Assembly (NCBI RefSeq): GCF_016432865.1
Contig: NC_067399.1
Coordinates: forward strand, 374,108,001 to 374,172,000
DNA length: 64,000 nt
Direction: 5' to 3'
Origin: Antechinus flavipes
Taxonomy: Eukaryota
Positions 13,635 to 26,680 of the stretch are shown piece by piece. The translations under genes and the position numbers were made by a program. Under the pieces are notes generated by a model, which ran no database searches, had not been told where the DNA came from, and was given only the letters and a program-made list of their open reading frames with translations. Position 1 is the stretch's first letter, and every line of letters starts with the position of its first letter.

Positions 13635-13934
13635 GTAAGTAAGAAACTTCTTCCTTTTATTCTCCTTCAGTTATATCCTCTTCATGATCTCATTTGGAGT
13701 TTTCTTGGCAAAGATACTAGAGTGGTTTGCTCTTTCTTTCTCCAACTCATTTTACAGATGAGGAAACTGAGGCAAACAGTGACTTGCCCAGGGTCACATA
13801 GCAATGATTGAGAATTGAACTTATGTTTTCCTTACTCCAGGCTCAGTGACCTATCCACTATATCTCCTAGCTGCCTTCTTTATATGCTTTGTTGATTAAA
13901 ACAAGTTACTCTCTTCATTCTGTCTTTCTTTTTG

Positions 13935-13935
<1 letters not shown>

Positions 13936-14011
<76 letters not shown>

Positions 14012-14015
14012 TCAT
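13936..14015. repeat. Compound (CT)n(CA)n microsatellite
   Basis: Seen directly. Confidence 0.95.
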
Positions 14016-14668
14016 TCTCTCTCTTTCTCTTTCTGTGCTTCTTTGTTTCTCTCTTTATCTTTCCTTTTCCTTCTTCCTTCCCCTCCCTTTTTTCTCCTCC
14101 CCTTAATATCTTTCTGTATCTCTGTCTGTCTTTTCCTCTGGATCCTAGTTCCTTTATCTATAAAATGAAGAAACTAGAAATGTCTACCAGGTACACTTCC
14201 TGCATATTACACACATTAGGTACCTACATGCTTCATAGGGTTCTAAGGAAAGTGCTTGGTAAACTTGAAAGAGCTGCAGAAATGGGAGTCATGATTACTA
14301 ATAATTCACAGAAATGTTGACTTTATTATTGATAAATGGAAAAGAACACCAGAGAAAATCTGAGGTAGAATTCTGACTTTACTTTTATTACTTGTATAAC
14401 CTAGGATAAGATACTTAATTTTTCTCAGCCTCAGTTCCACATTTTTAAGCTAAGGGAGACTAGGACTAGGTTCTGGATTCTTGTCTAGCTCTGATCCATA
14501 AATCAAAAGTTAGCTCTTGACCCAAATGAACTGGGTTCAAACATGAAGTTTTCTCATTAACCATGGTTTATTTTATTCTCACCAAAAGAATCTGTGGTAA
14601 CCTTTGTATTTGTTTCACTTGTAGCTCTCCTCAAAGGTATTCAGTTATTCTGAAAGAATTAAACTAAT

Positions 14669-16896
14669 GGGGAGGATTCTGGGAAGATGGTGGAGTAGAT
14701 TGGCAAATTTCAAGCTCTCCCAATTTTCCCCACAAATAGAACAAATTTGTACCTCAGGGTGAACATAGAGAGTTGAAAAATCAAGAAGACCTGGGGCAGA
14801 ACAAGGGTCTTCCTGATATAATCCAAAGAGATCTGAAGTAGTACCCCTGGCCCAGGATTAACCTGTCTGAAGTGCAAATACTTCTAGACTAGTTCCACAG
14901 AAATAGTCAATTATGCTTGAGGTATCATCCCTTTTAACCCCCTTAGAGTTTATATTAATATCTCTTATTCAAAAAAATGAATTGACCAAGCAGAAAGAAC
15001 CCTATCGTTGAAATATATTATGGAAACAGGGAAGACCAGGATTCATCTTCAGAGGAAGACACTTTATAAAAAAGCTTCTCCCTCAAAGAGTAATATGAAT
15101 TACTCTTCATTTCCTGTCCATAGAGAATTTATAGAACTCAAAAAAGAATTCAAAAATAAAAAAAATTGGGGAAAAAATAAAGAAAAAAATTAAAATCATC
15201 CTTGAAAAACAAGAAGATTATGAAAAAAAGTTAACCAATTAGAAGAGAAGATACAGAGTTCCAAAGATGAAAATAATGCTTTGAAGATTAGAATTGGGCA
15301 AGGGAAAGCCAGTGAAGTTATTAGAGACCAAAAAATAACAAGACATTATAAAGAATGAAAAAATAGAACAGAAAGTGAAACACCTTATAACGTATCTGGA
15401 GAACAGAGCAAGATGAAAAAAATATAAAAATAATTGGACGGCCAGAAATTTGTGACCAAAAAGAGAGCCTTGTCATATTAATGCAGTAAATAATCCTAGA
15501 AAATTGTTCTGGAGTGATAAAACATGAGGGGAAAATAGAAATAGAAAAAGTCCACCAATTACCACCTCAAAGAGATCCTTTGTAGAAAACACATAGGAAT
15601 ATTATTGCAAATTTCGAAACCACCAAATCAAAGAGAAAATTTTGCAAGAAACAAGAAAAAACAATTTGAATATACTGGAGCTACAATTAAAATTGTACAA
15701 GACTTATCAGAAGCTAATATAAAAGCCTGCAGGTCCTGGAATCATATCTACTGACAATCAATAGAACTAGGCTTGCAGCCAAAAATATCATATCCAGCAA
15801 AATTATCTATAATTTTGAATGAGGGAAAATGGACATTCAATGAACTTGAAGATTTTCAGGACTTTGTATCAACCAAACCCAAACTTAGCACATTTAACAT
15901 AGAAGAGCCAATATCAAAGAGCAATTTTAAGGAATTCAACATGGACAAATTGTTTGTGTTTTTTCTACATGGGAAATGTAATTATGGGAGGAAGAGAGGT
16001 AAGTATACAAAATATACAAAATGTATACTTTATGTTTAAAATTTACATCAAAATAAGGTAAGCTCAAAAGAAAGGTTAGCAGAATAAAAGTAAAAATAGC
16101 AATCATGTTATACAAAAGAGGTGCAGAGGAAGAATAGACACAGAGGTATTAGAGGCGGGGAGGAGGGCTCATAGTTCTGAAAATCTATTAACATTGGGAA
16201 TGGGTTCAATAGGCAATACTACACATATACCATGAAAAAGGATATAGCATTCTCCAAATTTATAAAGAAACAAAAAGAGAGGGACAGGTAAATAGGGAAG
16301 CAAAGGGTGAGGAAAGAAGACAAGGGAGGGATCTCTGAATGGGAGGAGGTTAAGTAATAGTAAATCAAGTTATGGAGCAGAATTTAATGAAAGAATCAGC
16401 AAGGATAGGAAAAATTTGTGTATGTGGGGTATGTGTGTATCAATGTGTGTATGTATGTATGTATATATCTATATATGCATAAATAAATATATCTCTTCTT
16501 AACTATAGCCTGTTTTGGGACGGGGTGGGGGGGATGAAAGGGAGATATGTCTGTATGTGTGTGTATGTATTAGCTACATATGTATATATAAATATATCCT
16601 TTCTTAATTTGGGGTGAGGGGGTTGAAAGGGGGAGGAAAAGAACAAAGTAAACAAGGTACATAGCAGAGAACAAAAGAACAATTTACAAGGAAGTAAAGA
16701 AAAGATGGACACTCAATATAATTTCTTTTACTAATATATATACTTTCTTAAATTGGTATTTGTTGTTATTTATTTTGAATCCTCCTTGATGTTCTGCTTG
16801 GCACATGACATGTTTTGTTTTATATTGCTTTTCTGTTTTTCTTTTTGTTTATTCTGTTTCTTCAAATGAAATAAATTTGAAAATTTGAAAAAAAAA
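14669..16896 (+). mobile_element. HAL1 (half-L1): 5' end, decayed ORF1, long 3' UTR and poly(A), with no ORF2
   Basis: L1-type 5' start GGGGAGGATTCTGGGAAGATGG and ORF1 remnant from ATG 14977, including QPKISYPAKLSIILNEGKWTFNELEDFQDF. AATAAA at 16870 and an A-tail to 16896. No endonuclease or RT motifs seen between ORF1 and the tail. Confidence 0.75.
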
Positions 16897-17569
16897 GAGT
16901 TTATGACTTATATGTGAATAAACTGTTTTGGTGGGGCTTGGACCTCTATTTCTAAAAAAAAGAACTAGACTAGCAAGTCATAATACTTTATCAAAATACA
17001 TGGAAAGAACAGAGAAGAACTAGTACTCTAGGCTGGCTAGCAAGACAACATCTATAATTCATTTTCATGGTGAGACCTATTTCCTTTCTCTCTATTCCCT
17101 ATTTGGTTAATTACACAAGTAACCCACAAAACATAATAATGTTTTAATAATGCTGGCCATTTGCCCAGCTAACTTGAGTCCCAAGGTTGGTGCCATGTCA
17201 GCTGTTCTCCAGAATGTGTACTCTCTTCCTTCCTCTCACTACAGTGTCTGCTACCATTATTCTCGCTCCTGGCCACTGTTCCTTGTACATACTGTCATTT
17301 TCTGCATGGTACTGCAGGCCTAGCTTGGCTCTAGAAGTCCAAGCTAGTCATAGAGTAGTTATTCTTTTCACTGATTGATGCCAGTTAACCTACATTTCTC
17401 ATTGCTGACATCGTCTTAGTCCCTCTATTTCCAGCAATCTCTTCTCTGAACTTATTGTGTTAGGCATCCTTGTTCCTGTGATTTCATCAGAAAAGATGCT
17501 CTGGGCTCTATGGAATGGCTCAGATTCTTATAGCACATGCCTGTCATATGACATCCTAGAGCTTTGTGA

Positions 17570-17810
17570 ATGTAAAGTTTCTTCCAGTTTCAGAATTTCA
17601 TAGTCTTTTATTCTAAGGTTCCTTCCAGTTCTGACATTCCGTGTTCTCCGATACTATGTCTCCTTCTAACTCTGACAGTGTGCGTTCTAGGATTCCAAGG
17701 TTCTTTCCAGATCTGACATTTTGTGTGTTGTGATTCTAAGGCCCTTTCCAGATCTAACAGTCTATGTTCTGTGAATCTAAGGTCCCTTCCAGTTCTGACA
17801 TTCTATGAGA
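17570..17810 (+). repeat. 41-bp tandem array (6 units) of a MIR3/L3-tail-like motif
   Basis: Units TTCTAAGGTYCCTTCCAGYTCTGACATTCTRTGTTCTRTGA start at 17570, 17611, 17652, 17693, 17734 and 17775. Confidence 0.85.
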
Positions 17811-20166
17811 GTATTTTTGTGTTCCAGTCTGTTTATAACAGGTCATTTGTGCTGGAAGCAATTAGGTATTCTGTGTGTGTTTTCCCTTCTCATACTCAGT
17901 TCAAACTAAACTCCATGATGGGCAGTTTTTTATTTTTTTTCAAGGCTTGGTCCTTGGCATTGGGTTAAGGGAAACAGCCCAGGAAAATGTAATAGACATA
18001 AGCCTGAAAAGCAGCCTTCACACTTTGAGATTTCCAATTGCAATTACTTTCTGTTTTCTCAAAGCCTAGCAGTATGGTGACCTTTGAGGCTGCCCATCCT
18101 GTGATGGCTAGCCTGAGAGATGAAGTGTGTACATACCCTGATGGTGGGCGTGGCTGGGACTACTCACCAAGAAGACTGAGTGTCTTGTTACTCTTGTTTT
18201 TTCCGTTGTTCATAACTTTGACATTCTACTTTGGCTAAAATTTGTCATGTTGTGTCAGAGTCCAAAGATGATTTTTTTTCTCTTTTCAATTTTAGTTAAA
18301 AAAAATCCTGTAGTTGCTACTAAGTTATGACTATTAAGAAAACACTAGATTCCTATTAAAAATGAAGCTTTGATTTTTAAAAAAAGTTTTATATGTTTTC
18401 AAGTAACTCAAAACAGATGAACAAACCCACTTAGCATGAAAGTTGTCCCCAGTGAAGAACTTCTACTTGGACAAATTAGAGGGAATCTATGCTTTGGAAG
18501 TGAAGGCATTAGCAGGGCTCTCACTAGGCAGGGAAAAGATGCCAGGCCAAGGTGTGAAGACTCATCAAGGGAGAGGAATAAAAGGTGCCAAATCCTGTAG
18601 GAAAAAAAATAATTTGGTTTCCCTGAGAGTCTGTCCATAAAAGCCCCTGGTTACTAATATTGGAAGGGGAAAAAAAAGAGATTTTGAAAGTGTTTTTCTT
18701 TTTCTGCATGTAATGCACCCATTGTAGGTGTGGGTTGATTGAAGGCCTTGGACACAACTAAGCACCTAAGCAAATTGAAATCATTTGGTCATTTCTCATA
18801 GGTGAAGCTATTCAGAAGGCTCCAATGATATATTATGTGAGAGCCTAAAGGAAGAGAGAAAGCATGTCTTAGCTTAAGAATTGGTGCATAACTGCATTTG
18901 GACTCCTATCCCTGTCATTGACTATTGTAGTGTCACATTCCTGACACTAATTAGCTTTATGATCAAGGTTTAATTTTTTAAGCTTTCAGGGTCTGGTACT
19001 TCATTTGTGAAATGGAGATCATGTGTACAATATTTGTCTCACAGGGTTGTTGCTAGGTGTAAATGAGACATTATGGGAAAAGTGATTTATAGACTTTAAA
19101 GTGCTATGTAATCCCAGCTGTGTTATCATTGCTATTGTTATGGCAAGGTGGACAAGTGGATATAGCATCAGATTAGGAAGTACAAACTCTGGAGTCTGAG
19201 TCCAAATTCAATTTTAAATACTTACTAGCTGTATGATGCTGGGCAATTCATTTAACTTCTGCCTCAGTTTCCTTAACTGAGTAAATTGGGAATAAAAATA
19301 GAACCCATCTCATAGGTTATTGTGAAGATCAAATGAGCCAACATATGTTAGCACAGTACCTGGCATATAACAGGCACTTAATAAATACTTGTGTTTCCTT
19401 CCCTCTTCTATTTATTATTATGTAATTGAAAAATTAAAAATACTTACAATTCAAGGGCCAAGTATCCAAAAATGAGCTCATGACATGATGGAAAGAGCTC
19501 TGACCTTAACATCTGGGAAACTGGGCTTTGTATCCTGGTTCCTGTTCACTACCCATCTGAATCTCAGTTTCTTTCATTGTTAGATGAGAAAATGATATTT
19601 GCAGTACCTACTTCCCACTACTATTGTAAGGAAAAGAAAATCATACAAACCATAAAGTGGTATAGGAATTGAAATCATTACTATGAAGGCCCTTTTGCCT
19701 CCCTTCTAATTAAAGTGAAGAAATTTCCCTCTAAAGAGGGAAGATAGCTTGGGACAGGTTGCCCATATCTGCAGTCTGCCTTGAGGAATGCAGATGCAAA
19801 ATGGGGAAAGGAAGGGAAATTCTTTCTAGGAGTCATTTGACTAAAGAACTACTTTATTAAGAGGGGTACTTGTTAGGAATATAGCAGTTCAAGTAGAGGG
19901 TGAGGATGATTTTGAATTTCATTCTGGATATTCACTTCATTTCTCTTTCTAGCAATAAAAGATCATATTTCTCCTACTCTTGAAAGTTTACAAAATTTCT
20001 TTCTCATAACACTAGGAAGTATCAGAGCTGGGATTCAAACCCAGCCCTTTATTTCTGGTGTAGTGGTCTTTCCACTAGGCCATCAAGTCCAATTTGCAAG
20101 AAAATTCTATAGGAATTAAGAGTAGGGAAGTAGGGAAGTAGGAAAGTAAAACACAAATCCATATTT

Positions 20167-20317
20167 CTTTTTCTTTTTGCTGAGGAGACAATTGGGGTTA
20201 CATGACTTACCCAGGGTCACACAGTTAGGAAGTGTTAAATGTCTGAGGCCAAATTTGAACTCAGGTCCTCTTGACTTTAGGACTGGTGGTCTATCCACTT
20301 TGCCACCTAGCTGCCCC
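20167..20317 (-). mobile_element. WSINE1-like short CORE-SINE with 12-bp TSD
   Basis: Reverse complement GGGGCAGCTAGGTGGC...TCAGACATTTAACAC...CCCCAATTG...A-tail. AAATCCATATTT at 20155-20166 and 20318-20329. Confidence 0.9.
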
Positions 20318-21399
20318 AAATCCATATTTATTAAATGAGTTTTTCCCTTCTTTGTTTTGCAAGTACAAGCATAGAGTTAGCTTAAAAGATGAGATGAAAG
20401 TAAGCCAACTAAGAAGAGTTAAGGGGCTTTTGCACATGCTTAGAATCATGTTGGCGAGGTCAGCCCAAAGAGGAGTTGCCCTTTCAATGCGCCAGGGAAT
20501 GAAGTGGATCATTTTGTTGGACATTTATTGCTCTCTGGCTTGGTTTCTTCTCCAGCACTCTCCTCCCTTTATTCTTTTGGAGAAGATATTCAGGCTCAGG
20601 CTACATGGGGGGAAAAATAGATTGCAAACTTTTATGGTCTCCTTGGCCAGAGACATTTACATTGTTTCAAAGCACAAGAGACTTCCAGATAGGAGAATGG
20701 CTGCATCCTGTCCCATTTTCACTTCAGAGTGATCTAAAAATTAATACCAGTTTGAACAGACTAAAAGAATCCAAAGAGAAACTTATGTAAGTTTCTTCAT
20801 CCAGCTCAGGATTGAATAACAAGATGACCAGACTGTGCGGACAGTGGAAGAGGTGTATTACTGAAGAGCCATAGGAAAATAGGTCTGGAAGCCCCTAACT
20901 CAGGAGAACCTGGATAGTAGTAACATGAACAGAAAAAACTCTTTGAGAGTCGACTCCTTAAGTAATCTCACTGGGAAAATCAATAGTTATCCCGTAGACC
21001 TAGTAGTGCCCTCTTGAAGGGGAAGGAAAAACAGCCCAGAGAAATAGAAGAGGCAGTGGCAAAACCTGGAAAACCCCAGGAAGGGTGATAAACCAGGTTG
21101 TGCTCTGAATAGGGGAATCCTAAAGGATACAAAAAAGACAGACTTCTGATCATGAAATGGGGAGGAGAACAACAGACCTTGGCAGAATCTAGACTAGGGA
21201 GTCATAGGGGGCACAATCTTGATATGGTAGGCAGCATACTATGTTATACAGCCCCAGATGATACAAGAGAGACAATGCCCTTAGGCCTCAAGGGGAACAG
21301 AAGATTACCAAGTTCAGGGATAATCAACCACTGAGTTTGACAGGGTACATGGAAATTTATCCCTATTTAGATCTCTAGTGAAGGGAAGAGGAAGTCAGA

Positions 21400-23290
21400 A
21401 GTAAAAAAGTGAGGAGAAGATCAAAAAAAGTCCTTACCATCCTTGGCAGGAAGAGATAGAATCTAGTCCTAGTTTTAAATTTCAGATCAAGAATTGAGGC
21501 TAGAGATAAGATTAAAGAAGAAGATACTGAAAACTATGAAGAAATAGAATGAGTCAAGGACTACCTAAGAGGAAAATCCAGAAGACAATAATATTTAATA
21601 ATTACCAGAAGAGTCTCAGAAAATAGAATGGCTTGGCCGCAAGACTTGTACAAATTCCTGAAATTTTTTTTTAAAGTCAGAGAGAGATTATAAATAAAAT
21701 GAAAATTAAGGAAAAAAGACATTGAAGGAGAATTGTGTCTTCCAGAAAGTGGCAAACTTTATTCAAGAAATAAACTCCCTGAAGATTAAAGTGCATCAAA
21801 CAGAAATGGATGACTCACACAAGAAATATTAGAATAAAATTAAAAATTGGCAAAATAAAAGAAAATGTAAGATATATGGCATAAAAAACAATGCATCTGG
21901 AAAAGAGGTATGTGGGATGAGTGCTAGATCCCCTTTCCCAAATTAACTAATTAAAGACATCTTCAGGTACACAGAGAAAGCATTTATTTAGTCCCTGTAG
22001 GGAGAGACCCAAGCACACCTAGGAAGCATCTCAATTCCCACCATGTGTTTATGGAACCTGACCAGCAGGAAGTGGGAACACCTGGTTAAATAGCAAAAGA
22101 CCCAAGGTTTTTTATTGGATAGACTAAAAGGAAGTAACCATCCTTGACTAATGATCACCAATGTTGTCTGCGTCCTGTAGGTCCCATCATATCCTGTAAC
22201 TTCCTGTCACTGACTTGCGTCTGACCTTTACTGATGTAGGCCAAGAGATCATGTGACTTCCTGCAACCTGAGGCCCAAGACCTCATCTTCTGACTCTGGG
22301 AATAGAGATCATGTGACTTAGGCCTAGTCTCATAAACTGAGAAAATCTCACCCAATCAGTCCCATTCACAGGTCAAAGAGAGAATCAAAAGTCATTGGAC
22401 TACCTGGAGACTATAACCAAAGAAAGAACCTGGATACTGTAATTCAAGAAATCATAAATAAAAACTCCCCAACCTCTAAGAATCAGAGGACAAAGTAAAA
22501 ATAGCAGGATTATATATCAGTTGCCTTTTAGAAGAAACCCTCAAAATGAAAATTCCCAGGAAAGTCATAACTGAAATCTCGAGTTTCCAAAAAATAAAGA
22601 AAACTTGCTGGAAGTAGACAGATTGAAGGAATTCAAGTACAAAGGAACCACAATCAGGATCATACAAGATTTAGAAGCTATTATCATTAAGCAGGTAAGA
22701 TCTCAAGATACAATATTCCAAAAGGCCAAGAATAAAAGTTTATAGTCAAAAGTTAAGTATTCTCCATGACTGAGTATAGTTTTGAAAAGAGGGAAAGGGG
22801 AATTTTAATGGAATAGTGACTTTTTAAGAATTGCTGATAAAAAGATCATAGCACGCATGAGGAAAATAAAAAGCAAATATACTTCAGCATTTGGAATAAT
22901 TTAAATGATGATGAAATGTTTACATTCTAATAGATGAAAAAAGATATATTCCTTCAAAATCCTAATGTCTTAGAGGAAGTTAAATAAGACAGATGGCTGG
23001 GGGCTTGATTGTTTCTATTTTGATGATCCTAGAAGAAAACATGAAAAGGTTGGGAAAAGGGAATGTATAAGGAAGAAAGAAGAAAGGGTAATAGCATGTC
23101 AACATTATTGGGATGAAGTAGATGAAGATTATACAAACATAGAAGGTGTTCACTTCCATCAGAATAAGGCAAAGAAGAGTTGAGCAGGCATATATATATA
23201 TAAAGAGTTTGGTGTAAAATTACATTAAACTTAAGTCATAAGCAAAATAATAATGGTGTTTTGTAAAGAGGAGAAGAAAAGGGAGGAAAG
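21400..23290 (+). mobile_element. Old L1/HAL1 ORF1 remnant interrupted by a solo LTR
   Basis: ORF1-like motifs (ATTGGACTACCTGGA, AAAATTCCCAGGAAAGTCATAACTGAAA, GGAACCACAATCAGGATCATACAAGATTTAG) followed by A/G-rich downstream sequence. Confidence 0.65.
21911..22370 (-). mobile_element. Solo LTR (same family), copy 2, inserted in an L1 ORF1 remnant
   Basis: TGTGGGA...CCCATTCACA termini with flanks GGTA/GGTC. The L1 ORF1 sequence CTGGAAAAGAGGT / CAAAGAGAGAAT...ATTGGACTACCT resumes across it. Confidence 0.85.
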
Positions 23291-23304
23291 AAAGAAAAAG
23301 GAAG

Positions 23305-23545
23305 CATTTGTATTGTTCAGTTATTTTTCAATGGTGTCCAAATCTTTGTGATCTCATTTGGGTTCTCTTGGCAAAAATACTGGAATGGCTTGATATTTCC
23401 TTTTCCAGCTCATGTGACAAACTGAGACAAACTGGGTTAAGTGGGTTGCCCAGTGTCACACAGCTAGTTAAGTGTCTGAGGCTAGATTTCAACTTGGGAA
23501 GATGAGTCTTCCTGATTCCAACCCCAGTGCACCACCTATCTGCCT
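23305..23545 (-). mobile_element. Mar1-like SINE
   Basis: TCTTGGCAAAAATACTGGAATGG...GTGTCTGAGGCTAGATTTCAAC antisense. Similar copies at about 13680-13875, 24690-24920, 45820-46085 and 63880-64000 (minus) and 39940-40160, 60750-60965 (plus). Confidence 0.8.
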
Positions 23546-23629
23546 TCTCTTTAATTAAAGAATACTGGTATTAAGCACAGTCTTTATACTTTACTACCTT
23601 CTTCTTTGTAATGAGGAGATGGTGTTTTT

Positions 23630-23990
23630 TCCTTTATTCTTTAAGAGGATCATGACATCAGGGAGGTTAATGCCATGACATGCAAGTGAATTGGATTTAA
23701 GTGAGAGATAGCTGCCTCACTCTCTCCTCTGGAGCCATCCAAATTCAGTGGCCAAATATAGACCAAGACAACTGGAAATGGACCCGGATGCAGTGGAACA
23801 CTTTGGTCTTGTTAAGCTAAAATCTTTAACAGCTCTCACTTAGACTGAGTTGATAAGGCTAGATAAGATTTGAGGCAAAGAATGGCCTCTATAACCTAGT
23901 AAGAAGAAAAAATATCAGTCTGAGAGGGATAGATCCTCAGAGTTTCTGGCCAAAAAAGAAATATTTCCTATTTACATTCATCCTGAGCCA
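23630..23990 (+). mobile_element. Marsupial-specific interspersed repeat (MdoRep1/WALLSI-like; family name uncertain)
   Basis: CATGACATCAGGGAGG...GCAAGTGAATTGGATTTAAGTGAG...GGATGCAGTGG...GAGGCAAAGAATGGCCTC, recalled from marsupial repeat consensus. Confidence 0.55.
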
Positions 23991-24980
23991 AGAAGTAAAA
24001 ACTTCTTGAACTAATGCTTAACCTGCACTTAGCACCTCATCTCCTCTGCCCACCATATGTGCCTAGCAGCAAGGTTGCACAAGTCAGCCCATGGACTTAT
24101 AATAGAACTCAGTCCCCAGTATTATGGAGATCCAATATAAAGGAAATTTGTTCAGGCTGCAATAGTGTATGGGAACATTCTATGTCATAGCAGAAATCTG
24201 CAGGAGAGTGGAGGAATAGAAAGAAGAGAGCAATATTCTGTGTCCAGTTTTACGAAAGAACTAAACTCTTCAAATGAGACTATGAGAATTTCTCCTCGGA
24301 TGAGATCCTAAAACCTCCATCTTGGTTGAGCTGAATTATCTTGCTCCCAATGGGAGGGCTCCTTCATTCTGTATTGTCTCATACATAGCTTTTCTGATTT
24401 CTGTTTTGCTATGATAGGGATGTTCATTGTGGATTGGTAGAATCGGGGAAGGGGTCAAACCTTGGAGATAGAGCTTGGGCTTCTCCTTCCTCCCAAATGA
24501 CAAAATAATCAGAATTTAAACTTAATCACATTCCCTAGAACACTAATATTTAAGGGAGTAAAGATAGACATGAGAACTTTTGATGCCAACTAGATCAGAA
24601 ATCCTGATTATGATTCTACAATAAAAATTTATGATGAGTTAGGAAAAAAAGTTTTATTTCAGTCTGGAGAGAAAAAAATTAAACATGATTGTTCAGTTGT
24701 GTCTGATTTTTCAAGATTCCTTTTGGAGTTTTCTTGACAAAGATACTGGAGTGGTTTGTTATTTCCTTCTTTAACTCATTTTACAGATGAAACTGAGGCA
24801 AATAGGGTTACGTGACTTATCTAGAGTTACAAACTAATCTATGTCTGTGACTAGATTTGAACTCAGGAACAGGAGTCCTCCTGATTTAAGCCTATCTACT
24901 ATACTATCTAACTGCTCAAGCGATAATTGATAATAGTTAAATATCAGCAAAAAAGATACCAAACTATATTTGTGCACTTC

Positions 24981-25635
24981 TTTTCTTTTTTTTTACTTAG
25001 AGATTTTTAATTAATTATTTTTATTTTGCAATAATATTTTATTTTTTATAAATACATGAAAAGATGATTTTCAACATTTATTTTTGTAAAACTTTGTGTT
25101 GAAAATTTTTCTCCCTCTCTCCCTTAACTCTCCCCTCCCTAGGACAACAAGCAATTTGTTATAGATTAAATACATGCTATCACTTTAAACACATTACCAT
25201 ATTTGTCACCTTGTACAATAAAAATCAGACCAAAAGGAAAAAGTCACAAGAGTGAAAAAGCTAATAAAACAAACAAACAAAAAGGTGAAATTACTATGCT
25301 TTGATCCATATTCAATCTCTGTAGTTCTCTCTCTGGCTGCAGATGGCATTTACCAACTTTATGCCATCCCAATTTAGAATTGCCTTGAATCACCCTATTG
25401 TTGAGAAGAGCCAAGTCCATCACAGTTCATCATCATATAATATTGTTACTATGTGCAGTGTTTTGGTTCTGTTCACTTCCCTTAGCATCAGTTCATTTAA
25501 GTCTTCTGAAATCAGCCTGCTCATGATTTCTTGTATATATTCCATTATATCCATAAATCACAATTTATTCAGTCATTCCCCAACTGATGGGCATCCACTC
25601 AATTTCCAGTTCCTTGTCACTACAAAAATAACAAT
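24981..25635 (-). mobile_element. Older marsupial L1 3' end
   Basis: T-rich head with antisense motifs CTTAGCATCAGTTCATTTAAGTC and CCCCAACTGATGGGCATCC. Confidence 0.8.
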
Positions 25636-25945
25636 ATACTTTTAAAAAACCACTCCATTTTTTTTGGGAATCTTCTTTTCTTTAAGATATCTTGACAATT
25701 TATCCTTCAATAATTTTAAAATTATGATATCTCACTCAGATTTATTCCATATATATTTAGGGTTTAAGCCATTTCCACCAATTTAATATTCTTGAGTGTT
25801 GCTTCTCTTTAAAAAGTTTTATGTTTTTTTTTTGTTAATACCAGTCACAACTTCTTTCAATTGCTCCTTACCCATAGAACCCACTTTTCTAACAAATCAA
25901 CCTTTAGAATTAAAGGGAACTTGGAAGATATTTAGAACAGTGATT

Positions 25946-26675
25946 TTTTTTTTGATTTTTAAAAAAATTATAACTTTTTATTGACAGAGCCCATGCCTGG
26001 GTAATCTTTTACAACATCTTTTTCCCCTCCCTTCCTCCACCCCCTCCCCTAGATGGCAAGCAGTCCTATATGTCACAGTATATCCTAGATACAATATATG
26101 TGTGCAGAACTGAACAGTTCTTTTGTTGCACAGGAAGAATTGGATTCAGAAGGTAAAAATAACCCAGGAAGAAAAACCAAAATGCAGTTTACATTCATTT
26201 CCCAGTGTTCTTTCTTTGGGTATAGCTGCTTCTGTCCATCATTTATCAATTGAAACTGAATTAGGTCTCTTTGTCAAGGAAATCCACTTCCATCAGAATA
26301 CATCCTCATATAGTATCGTTGTTGAAGTATATAATGATCTCCTGGTTCTGCTCATTTCACTTAGCATCAGTTCCTGTAAGTCTCTCCAGGCCTCTCTGTA
26401 TTCCTCCTGCTGGTCATTTCTTACAGAACAATAATATTCCATAACATTCATATACCACAATTTACTCAACCATTCTCCAATTGATGGGCATCATTCATTT
26501 TCCAGTTTCTGGCCACTACAAACAGGGCTGCAACAAACATTTTGGCACATACAGGTCCCTTTCCCTTCTCTTTGGGGTATAAATCCAGTAGTAGCACTGC
26601 TGGATCAAAGGGTATGCACAGTTTGATAACTTTTTGGGCATAATTCCAGATTGCTCTCCAGAATGGTTGGATTCG
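25946..26675 (-). mobile_element. Young 5'-truncated L1 3' end with 13-bp TSD
   Basis: Reverse complement matches the 3' end of the 46191-47800 L1. TAGAACAGTGATT occurs at 25933-25945 and 26676-26688. Confidence 0.92.
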
Positions 26676-26680
26676 TAGAA

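Noticed and set aside
13889-14320. 143-aa Ser/Leu-rich ORF
   Set aside because: Translation of a CT/CA microsatellite and pyrimidine tract.
14650-16910. TSD around the HAL1 element
   Set aside because: The flanks share only A-rich similarity, too weak to call.
17570-17810. CRISPR-like array
   Set aside because: The units are contiguous degenerate tandem repeats without unique spacers, there are no cas genes, and the context is eukaryotic.
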